The notes beneath the pieces were generated by a model, which worked only from the letters and a program-made list of their open reading frames with translations, searched no databases and was not told the DNA's origin. From Candidatus Daviesbacteria bacterium (lineage in GTDB: Bacteria > Patescibacteriota > Microgenomatia > Daviesbacterales > UBA10151), in the NCBI GenBank assembly GCA_028715175.1, contig JAQUSJ010000001.1, positions 340,550 to 404,549 of the forward strand: a DNA stretch of 64,000 nt. The letters are read 5' to 3'. Shown piece after piece: positions 56,672-64,000 of the stretch; the stretch's first letter is position 1, and each line of letters starts with the position of its first letter. A program made the position numbers and the translations under genes.

Positions 56672-59360
56672 ATTTGTAGTAATAGTTTTATTACTTCTAT
56701 TATTTGTGGTTTACTGGCAATGGTTTTTACCGGGGTTAAAAGTTGCAAATGATTTTCCAATAGTTTCCGAATCTTTACTTAAATCTTCTATAAATTTTCC
56801 TTATGCCTGGTCAGAAAATGGTGCCGAAGGGTTAGGGGAGTATTCAACATTTTTTCTTTGGTCCTGGCCACTGTCATTTTTATGGGGTATTCTCGCAAAT
56901 ACTGGTTTAAGTTTCATAATCCTGGAAAGAGTTCTTTTTTTAATGCCATTTTTGCTTATAGGGTGTGTTGGAATTTGGAAATTTTGCGGAAGTATTAAAT
57001 TAACTAATGCTGCTAAATTTATTTCATCCTTTTTTTATTTAACAACTACTTATATTCTCTTAGTTATTGATGGCGGACAATTATCCATAGCGCTTGCTTA
57101 TGCCTGGTTTCCTGTAGCCTTCTTAGCAGTGGAAAAATCTATTAAGGGGGGGTTTAATAAGAAAGTTCTGGCGGGTTTGGCAATCTCAATTTTAGGATTT
57201 TTGGATTTTAGATTTATTTACGTTTTATTTTTACTAAGTTCAGCACTATTTTTTTATCAATTATTTTTAGATTTTAAAAAAAAATACTCATGGTATTTAG
57301 ATTGGATAAGTAGCGGAGTAATTATTGCCATAATAATAACGGGATTGAATATTTATTGGTTATTGCCTTTATTTAAAGCTCCAATCTCCTCCAATACTTA
57401 TGCTTTTTTTACTCAAACTTCTTTCTTAAGCTTTATAAATTTAGGTCATAGCATATTACTTCTTGCGCCTCACTGGTTTAAAAATATTTTTGGAAATATC
57501 ACAACTTTACGTCCTGAATTTATCTTTATCCCGATACTGGTATTCCTAGCACCCATTCTGCGACCTAAAAATCCGGTTGTTGGATTCTGGTTATTAATTG
57601 CTGTGTTTTCCATCTTTTTAACTAAAGGCGCTGAAGGTCCTCTACCAGGAATCTACCCTTGGCTTTTTTCACATATACCAGGTTTTTCATTATTCCGCGA
57701 TTCAACAAAGTTTTTCTTTTTAGGAGCGCTTTCGTATAGTATCTTACTAGGAATAACTACAGATGAGATTCTTAAAAAGACAATTAAATTCCCAAAATTT
57801 AAAATATTTTTTTTAATATTACTATCTAGCTATCTTATATTTCTGATAAGGCCGATTTGGCTTGGACAAACGACCGGTACATTTTCTCATCCTCTATTTC
57901 AACAGGAGTTTACAGGACTTAGTCGATTTATAGAAAGCGATAAAAGTTTCAGTCGGGTATTTTGGATTCCGTTTTTCCCCTCTTTAGGTTATTCAAGTCA
58001 AACTCATCCTAGGGTAGAAGCTGCCCGTTTGGTTCAGAAGAGATCTTTTGCTATTGGTACAAGCGGTACTTATGAAACATTTAATTTTTTAAGGGAAGCA
58101 CCATACATGGGAGAGATTTTTGATGTTGCAGGAATAGGCTATGTTTCTTATCCTTATCTTGATCCGAGGAGAGATAATGTGTACCCGGATAATATAAAAT
58201 ATTACTATACTTTTCTAGACCAGCTTTTAAAAAAATCATGGTTTTCAAAGGTTGAAAATTCAAAAGTTCCACTTCTTAAGACAAAAGAGCACCAGGATAG
58301 ATTTTTTGTTACATCAAACATCTGGTGGGTGATAGGGTCTGATAATCTCTACAACGAATCAACAAAAAGTGCCAAATTAAAACTTTCTAATAATGCTTTA
58401 ATCTTTGCTGAAGAATATCCCGGAATGGGTATAAAGCTTAACGATTTTCCTGAAGCTAAAATTGTACTAAATAGCAAGACAGATTTAGATTTAGCGGCGA
58501 GCTTCATAAAGCCTCTAAATTATATTTTTCCTGCTAAGAATTTAGATTTTGCTCCCAATAAATCCGGTTGGTGGAAAAGGGAGACAGTAGATTTAATTTC
58601 GTGGAGAAGTTTTTTGCAGGAGGAATATGGAATTGATAATCAGGATTTTGATTTAGGAGGCGGATGGGCGATAGGAGAGGGAGACAGGCAATTGACAATT
58701 GACAATTTACAATTTAAAAAAGAAAAAATACTTTTAGCTAGAGTGATGGAAAGCGCAAGAAGCGGAAAGTTGAGTTTTTATCAAAGAAATCAAAAGGTAG
58801 GAGAAGTTTCAACAAAGATTAATGGAGATGCTAATGTCAGATGGTTTGAGGTAGGTCAGTTGATACAAGATGGGGGAGAACTAGGAATAACTTCTTCTGG
58901 AGATATTAATGTAGTTAATGCATTAGCGGTTTTGGACAAAGCTGAATGGGTAAGCTATCAGGATAAAGCTGAAAAGTTGCAGGAGAGGATAGTAAATTTT
59001 GATGAAAAGAATGCGGAAGGTAATAGCGATCCCACTATTGCCTACCAGAAAATAAACCCCACAAAATACAAAGTTATTGTAAGCCATTTAACCAAGCCGT
59101 CACTGATGATATTTTCCCAAAATTATGACGGACTTTGGAAAATTAACGGAAGTCAGACTCCCCTGCCGGTGTATAGTTTGTTGAATGGATTTAGGATAGA
59201 AGGGGATGGAGAGTATATTGTGGAATTTGAAGTACAGAAATATGTTTATTTGGGCTTAATTATCACTGGAGTCACGTTAACGATCTTACTTATATTTTTG
59301 TTAAGATTGCCACGCCGTTTGCAGACTGAAGATCCTGTAAGGGCTCGTTCCTCGCAATGA
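56661..59360 (+). CDS. AftD/YfhO-like large GT-C membrane glycosyltransferase
   Basis: ANDF after TM1, NIYWLLP, FRDSTKF, RVFWIP, INPTKY, YDGLW, LNGF, terminal TM. Confidence 0.65.
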   Translation: MKGKFVVIVLLLLLFVVYWQWFLPGLKVANDFPIVSESLLKSSINFPYAWSENGAEGLGEYSTFFLWSWPLSFLWGILANTGLSFIILERVLFLMPFLLIGCVGIWKFCGSIKLTNAAKFISSFFYLTTTYILLVIDGGQLSIALAYAWFPVAFLAVEKSIKGGFNKKVLAGLAISILGFLDFRFIYVLFLLSSALFFYQLFLDFKKKYSWYLDWISSGVIIAIIITGLNIYWLLPLFKAPISSNTYAFFTQTSFLSFINLGHSILLLAPHWFKNIFGNITTLRPEFIFIPILVFLAPILRPKNPVVGFWLLIAVFSIFLTKGAEGPLPGIYPWLFSHIPGFSLFRDSTKFFFLGALSYSILLGITTDEILKKTIKFPKFKIFFLILLSSYLIFLIRPIWLGQTTGTFSHPLFQQEFTGLSRFIESDKSFSRVFWIPFFPSLGYSSQTHPRVEAARLVQKRSFAIGTSGTYETFNFLREAPYMGEIFDVAGIGYVSYPYLDPRRDNVYPDNIKYYYTFLDQLLKKSWFSKVENSKVPLLKTKEHQDRFFVTSNIWWVIGSDNLYNESTKSAKLKLSNNALIFAEEYPGMGIKLNDFPEAKIVLNSKTDLDLAASFIKPLNYIFPAKNLDFAPNKSGWWKRETVDLISWRSFLQEEYGIDNQDFDLGGGWAIGEGDRQLTIDNLQFKKEKILLARVMESARSGKLSFYQRNQKVGEVSTKINGDANVRWFEVGQLIQDGGELGITSSGDINVVNALAVLDKAEWVSYQDKAEKLQERIVNFDEKNAEGNSDPTIAYQKINPTKYKVIVSHLTKPSLMIFSQNYDGLWKINGSQTPLPVYSLLNGFRIEGDGEYIVEFEVQKYVYLGLIITGVTLTILLIFLLRLPRRLQTEDPVRARSSQ

Positions 59361-59361
59361 C
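59304..59361 (+). repeat. REP/RPE-like palindromic element half (AGATTGCCACG...CTCGCAATGAC)
   Basis: Terminal motifs recalled from a widespread palindromic repeat class; ATTGC/GCAAT outer pairing and TTGCAG/CTGTAA inner stem; supplies the gene's stop codon. Confidence 0.55.
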
Positions 59362-59391
59362 AGGTGGAATTTGGATATAATGATATGATAT

Positions 59392-60651
59392 ATGCTTAAG
59401 GTTATCCTTTCAACTGCGACGTTTAAACAATCACAAATTACGGTTATCGGCACTATTATTAACGGATGCTTAGGCGCCTTGTTTTATATAGTGCTGGCAA
59501 GGTTTTTGGGCCCTTATAGTTTTGGATTACTAACTGTTTCGGTTGCTAGCTTGACATTAATAGCCGACATCGTTGATTTTGGGACAAATACGGGTATAGT
59601 CCGGTTTGTATCATCCAGTTTAGCTTCCAACCGGGACGCAGCATTGAAATTTCTCAAGTTAAGCCTGGAAATAAAGATTGTAGTCTGGATATTGGTACTT
59701 GCCGGCGGGATCATACTTGCTCCTTTTATTGCAGATAAAATTTTTAATAAGACAGAACTTGTTATGCCGCTTAGGCTGGTTATGGTTGGGGTAGGAGGAG
59801 CCCTTCTTTTTTCCTTTGCCACCTCTTCTTTGCAAGCGTTCCAAAAATATTTAACCTGGAGTTTTGTGAATATATTTACAAATTTTCTAAGATTATTATT
59901 CATTTTATTACTAATTTTTTATCAACAACTGAATTTAACCTCAGGGCTTCTTGTTTACTTGTTATTGCCCTTTTTCGGATTTTCCTTAACGCTGTTTTTT
60001 ATTCCTGCCCGAAAAATTTTTCAAGTCAGAGGTGAGTTTGGCGTAGCTAAACAATTTTTCAAGTTTAATTTTTGGGTTGCCGCCTTTACTTTGGTTGCTG
60101 CTATCTCGTCCCGTCTGGATACTTTTCTAATTGCCCGTCTGCTTTCTCCAAAAGAACTGGGTATTTATGGCGCCGCAAACCAGCTGGTTCAAGTGGTTCC
60201 GCAAATAGTTAGTGCCTTAGGAATTGTAGCAGCCCCGAAATTTGCAAGTTTTGTTAGTATTGCACAAATGATTCAATTTTTTAAAAAGTTTCAATTGTTG
60301 GTTTTGGGGTTAGCAGTTTTGGGAAGTTTAGTAATTCTAATTTCCTACCTAATTATTCCGTTTATTTATGGAGGACAATACAAAGAGGCAGTGCTGCCCT
60401 TTATAATTCTTTTTTTAGCCATGCTGGTATTTCTAATTTCAGTGCCGGTGCACAACAGTATAATTTATTATTTTGGCAAGCCTCAGGTTTTTGTCTGGGT
60501 CAGCATTGGCCATCTGTTGATAATTGGCTTTTTAGGCTATTTGCTTGTTTCAAATTATGGTGTGGTTGGAGCTGCAGTTTCCGTGCTGGCAGGTATGATA
60601 TTTAATTTTCTGATTCCGCTCGGATGGTTCCTGATGAAAGTACGAAGATGA
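59392..60651 (+). CDS. Wzx-like oligosaccharide flippase
   Basis: ARFLGPYSFG, DFGTNTG.VRF, RLDTFL, LGIYGAA, YGG.Y, YGVVGAA; about 12 TM segments. Confidence 0.85.
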   Translation: MLKVILSTATFKQSQITVIGTIINGCLGALFYIVLARFLGPYSFGLLTVSVASLTLIADIVDFGTNTGIVRFVSSSLASNRDAALKFLKLSLEIKIVVWILVLAGGIILAPFIADKIFNKTELVMPLRLVMVGVGGALLFSFATSSLQAFQKYLTWSFVNIFTNFLRLLFILLLIFYQQLNLTSGLLVYLLLPFFGFSLTLFFIPARKIFQVRGEFGVAKQFFKFNFWVAAFTLVAAISSRLDTFLIARLLSPKELGIYGAANQLVQVVPQIVSALGIVAAPKFASFVSIAQMIQFFKKFQLLVLGLAVLGSLVILISYLIIPFIYGGQYKEAVLPFIILFLAMLVFLISVPVHNSIIYYFGKPQVFVWVSIGHLLIIGFLGYLLVSNYGVVGAAVSVLAGMIFNFLIPLGWFLMKVRR

Positions 60652-61442
60652 AAATTTATGCAAACACAATCGTTCATAACGAAGAAAATTTTATCTGGTT
60701 TGCTTTGATGAGCGTAGTAGACTATGTGGATAAAATTTTGGTTTGGGATACGGGGTCAACAGATAAAACAGTTGAAATAATTAAAGAAATTATAAAGATA
60801 AAAGGAGATAAAATTGAATTTAAGGAAGTGGGAATAGTTGATAAATATGGAATGACAAAAATGCGCCAGGCACAGCTTACGCAGTCCAATTGCGACTTCC
60901 TTTTAATTTTAGACGGGGATGAGATTTGGTGGGAAGATTCTATAAAACAAGTAATCAGAGAAATTAATACAAGAGGTGCAAAGATTGAGGGAATTGTTGT
61001 GCCGATGGTTGTACCGGTCGGCGATATTTATCATTTACAAGACGAAAAGGCAGGCCAATATAACCTTTTAGGACGTAAAGGGCATTATAATTTGAGGGTA
61101 ATAAATAGAAAAATTTCAGGATTGCATGTAGAAAAAGCTTATCCTTTAGAAGGATATTTTGATGACAATAACAAGCTGCTTCAAGAAAGGGATGAGGTAA
61201 TCTTTTTAGATGTGCCTTATCTGCATGTTACTCATCTACCAAGATCTACAAAAGTGAGAAACTATAACAAATTTAAACTAGAGATGGGTAAACTTCCCTC
61301 CAAAGATTTTAAATATCCGGAAATTTTATACGATTCATATCCGGATATTGTTTCTAATCCGTGGAAAAAATTGTCCGGGATAGAATTTGTTTTAGCTAAA
61401 GCAATAACTCCGTTAAAGAAGATTAAAAGAACTCTTATATGA
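60648..61442 (+). CDS. GT2 family glycosyltransferase
   Basis: VHNEE, DTGSTDKT, LDGDE. ATG 60648 overlaps the upstream TGA. Confidence 0.85.
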   Translation: MKIYANTIVHNEENFIWFALMSVVDYVDKILVWDTGSTDKTVEIIKEIIKIKGDKIEFKEVGIVDKYGMTKMRQAQLTQSNCDFLLILDGDEIWWEDSIKQVIREINTRGAKIEGIVVPMVVPVGDIYHLQDEKAGQYNLLGRKGHYNLRVINRKISGLHVEKAYPLEGYFDDNNKLLQERDEVIFLDVPYLHVTHLPRSTKVRNYNKFKLEMGKLPSKDFKYPEILYDSYPDIVSNPWKKLSGIEFVLAKAITPLKKIKRTLI

Positions 61443-62236
61443 ATATTAAAACTAAATTAGAAAATGAAGTTTGGAGATCAGATACATATTTTCTGCTGGC
61501 AAAAAAAGGAAGTATGGATATTAATCATCCAGGCATAAAAATTTTACAGAAATTATCATATAATGCACGGAACATATTGGATTTGGGGTGCGGTGAAGGT
61601 ACGCGATTAAATTTGTTACTGGGAAGAAGAACAAATGGAACAGGAGTGGATATCAGCCCGAAAGCTTTAGAAATGGGTAAAAAAAGCTACCCTAAAATTA
61701 AGTTCATTAAAGCTGATCTTGAAAAAATACCATTGAGAAGTGAAAGTTTTGATTTGGTATATTCAGCTTATGTTTTTGAGCATTTAACAAATCCCGCAAA
61801 AGTTTTAGATGAGGCTATACGTTTAATATCTCCAAAAGGACGTTTAGTTTTACTTTCTCCTAATTATGGAGCACCTAATCGGGCATCACCTCCCTTTAAA
61901 GGGTCAAGAATTAAGAAGTTGATTGAAGGTATATTTAATGATTTTTGGAATTTGTTTGCAGTCGGAAATTTGGTGTGGAGAAGGGTAGAGCCCATTGTAA
62001 ATAAGGATAGATATGAAATGGATTGGGATACGACAGTAGAACCATATCTAGGTAGCTTCTTGAGTTACATCAAGTCACTAAACTTAAAGATAGAACAATA
62101 TAGTTCATGCTGGTCAGAAGAATTACCTGACGCCAGGATTTACCAGAAACTTTTTAGAATATTAGGCGAGTCAGGAATTTACCCGTTTAATTTATGGGGA
62201 CCGCATTTAGTTGTAGTAGCAAAGAAGATTCTATGA
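61439..62236 (+). CDS. Class I SAM-dependent methyltransferase
   Basis: LDLGCGEG, GVDIS, SFDLVYS..VFEHL. Confidence 0.88.
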   Translation: MNIKTKLENEVWRSDTYFLLAKKGSMDINHPGIKILQKLSYNARNILDLGCGEGTRLNLLLGRRTNGTGVDISPKALEMGKKSYPKIKFIKADLEKIPLRSESFDLVYSAYVFEHLTNPAKVLDEAIRLISPKGRLVLLSPNYGAPNRASPPFKGSRIKKLIEGIFNDFWNLFAVGNLVWRRVEPIVNKDRYEMDWDTTVEPYLGSFLSYIKSLNLKIEQYSSCWSEELPDARIYQKLFRILGESGIYPFNLWGPHLVVVAKKIL

Positions 62237-62934
62237 AAAATTCGATAACTTATGCCGGTACAAAAACTTTGGAAACAATGAATCAGGCAAAGTTTTATAA
62301 TAAGTGGACTTTTTCTAAATTTGATAAATACCTTAAAGGGGATATTTTAGAAGTTGGCTGTGGTACCGGGAATTTTAGTTCCACTTTATCTAAATACGGA
62401 GAAGTTACCGCTATTGATATCGATCAAAGCTTGATACAAAGAGTAGGGGAAGATAAGAGCTTAAAAGTAGCTACCGGATATGGAGATATAGAAAAAGGTA
62501 ATTATTTTTTTCCAGAAAAATCTTTCGATACAGTCGTTTGTATTAATGTTTTAGAACACATTAAAGATGATGAAAGAGCCTTACAAAATATGTGCCGTCT
62601 TTTAAAAAAAGGCGGGAAATTAATTCTTTTAGTACCCATATATAATTTTTTATACGGAGAAATAGATAGAGCCATTAATCATTTCCGAAGGTATAATCCC
62701 GAGCAATTAAAAGTAAAGCTTGAGCAAATTGGATTTACTATTGAAGAAAGCAGAAAATTAAATTTTCTGGGAGCGCTTGGTTGGTTTATTGCCGGAAGAA
62801 TCTTTAAAAATAAACAGGTAGAAGATAGCAAGATTCAATTGTTTAACACCATCGCTCCTTTTTATCTTTTTATAGAGGATTTTATTGAACCTGTGATTGG
62901 AACTTCTGTTTTAATAATTGCACAAAAGCCATGA
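62233..62934 (+). CDS. Class I SAM-dependent methyltransferase (type often adjacent or fused to DPM-like GT2)
   Basis: LEVGCGTG, NVLEHI.DD, LVP...LYG.ID...HFRRY. ATG 62233. Confidence 0.85.
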   Translation: MKNSITYAGTKTLETMNQAKFYNKWTFSKFDKYLKGDILEVGCGTGNFSSTLSKYGEVTAIDIDQSLIQRVGEDKSLKVATGYGDIEKGNYFFPEKSFDTVVCINVLEHIKDDERALQNMCRLLKKGGKLILLVPIYNFLYGEIDRAINHFRRYNPEQLKVKLEQIGFTIEESRKLNFLGALGWFIAGRIFKNKQVEDSKIQLFNTIAPFYLFIEDFIEPVIGTSVLIIAQKP

Positions 62935-63635
62935 AACTTTCCATCATAGTCCCTATATATAATGAAGAAAAGACAATCCAGGAAGTTTTGCAGAGAATTG
63001 CTAATATCGATCTGGCTACCATAAAGAAAGAAATTATCATAGTAGATGATGGGTCGACGGATAGTTCGAAGTTTAAAGTGCAAAGTTCAAAATTATTTAA
63101 AAAAATAAAATTTATAGCCCATCAAAAAAATTTAGGCAAGGGTGCAGCGATCAGAACCGGAATAGCGCATTCGACCGGTGATCTGGTAATTATTCAGGAT
63201 GCTGATTTAGAGTATGATCCGAGTTACTATATGCCACTTTTACGACCGATTATGCAAAATAAAGCCAGTGTGGTGTATGGGACACGACTACTTACTTATC
63301 CCCTGAGACTTTGGGGTAAAAATAAAACGGTTTTGCCCGTACACTTAATTGCAAATAAATTTTTGACATTATTAACTAATATTCTTTATCGGAGTAGACT
63401 GACTGATATGGAAACAGGCTATAAGGTGTTTAAGAGCGAAGTACTAAAAAGCATAAATATAGATTCTAATAGATTTGATTTTGAAGCAGAAATAACTGTG
63501 AAACTGCTAAAAAAGAAAGTTCCTATTACAGAGGTACCAATATCTGTTAAACCAAGAACATACAAGGAAGGTAAAAAAATCGGTTTAATTGATGGCTTTA
63601 TTGCCATATGGACATTAATAAAATATAGATTTTAA
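62931..63635 (+). CDS. GT2, DPM1-like polyprenol-phosphate glycosyltransferase
   Basis: VPIYNEE, DDGSTD, NLGKGAA, QDADLEYDP, TDMETGYKVF, EGKKI. Confidence 0.9.
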   Translation: MKLSIIVPIYNEEKTIQEVLQRIANIDLATIKKEIIIVDDGSTDSSKFKVQSSKLFKKIKFIAHQKNLGKGAAIRTGIAHSTGDLVIIQDADLEYDPSYYMPLLRPIMQNKASVVYGTRLLTYPLRLWGKNKTVLPVHLIANKFLTLLTNILYRSRLTDMETGYKVFKSEVLKSINIDSNRFDFEAEITVKLLKKKVPITEVPISVKPRTYKEGKKIGLIDGFIAIWTLIKYRF

Positions 63636-63636
63636 A

Positions 63637-64000
63637 ATGAAAATTGTATTTTTAAGTAGGTTACAAAATAAAGTCAGTCGGGGTGCAGAGAATTTTGTAT
63701 TGGAATTGTCGAAAAGACTTTCTAAAAACTATCAGGTGGACATATTGTCCGGTAATGATGCGGATAATATATTGAAAGTTATAAAAGGGGGTTATGATAT
63801 TGCGATTCCTATTAACGGTAGATTACAAAGTTTAAAGACTTCTCTAGGTAGAATAACAGGTAAATACAAACTATTGATTACCGGGCATAGCGGTATTGGC
63901 AGGGATGATATCTGGAATATCGCAGTTGCCAGACCTGATGTATTTGTGGCGCTAACTGATTTTATGGCCAAATGGGCCAAGCAATGGGCCTGGGCAAGTA
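63637..64000 (+). CDS. GT4 family glycosyltransferase (3'-truncated by window edge)
   Basis: MKIVFLSRLQNKVSRGAENFVLELSKRL...; frame open to window end; GT4-type N-terminus. Confidence 0.65.
   Translation, partial: MKIVFLSRLQNKVSRGAENFVLELSKRLSKNYQVDILSGNDADNILKVIKGGYDIAIPINGRLQSLKTSLGRITGKYKLLITGHSGIGRDDIWNIAVARPDVFVALTDFMAKWAKQWAWAS

Noticed and set aside
2483-63980. Numerous 60-130 aa antisense or alternative-frame ORFs in the track (e.g. 3545, 7868, 14510, 28860, 43320, 46256, 59514, 63792)
   Set aside because: They lie within well-supported genes and have no recognisable motifs; the duplicated ones merely reflect the 1.58-kb repeat.
1-64000. rRNA, tRNA, CRISPR array, prophage or integrase
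   Set aside because: Intergenic gaps are short and none shows such structure by eye; no corresponding proteins were recognised.

Overview
AT-rich, gene-dense bacterial DNA. It uses the standard code, since TGA acts as stop in many ATGA start/stop overlaps. DUF5667-like proteins, in-frame heptamer microsatellites and GT-C-rich content suggest Patescibacteria/CPR, probably Microgenomates-like (inference). The whole 64 kb is one surface-glycosylation super-locus that runs off both edges. It holds about 12 polytopic GT-C-type membrane glycosyltransferases (PIG-V-like, ArnT/PMT-like, AftD/YfhO-like, plus a four-member paralog family), 5 polyprenol-phosphate-sugar-synthase-like GT2s, about 9 soluble GT2/GT4 enzymes, 2 Wzx-like flippases and 10 SAM-methyltransferase domains. 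Sugar-building and tailoring genes include a GDP-mannose 3,5-epimerase-like enzyme, an NDP-hexose C-methyltransferase, an RmlD-like reductase, a VioA-like aminotransferase, a carbamoyltransferase, a split mini-transketolase, an AsnB-like amidotransferase and a divergent UDP-GlcNAc 2-epimerase. The most notable hidden structure is modular variation of the GT-C enzymes: two AftD-like genes share an apparently identical 1,581-bp membrane-domain segment but have divergent external domains; DUF5667-like and CBM-like domains are inserted at different sites in paralogs; an orphan C-terminal cassette follows one gene; and an unannotated 57-aa membrane protein shares a motif with another small protein, each directly preceding an AftD-like gene. 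I saw no rRNA, tRNA, CRISPR array, transposase or integrase. All family calls are by motif recognition, without database searches.
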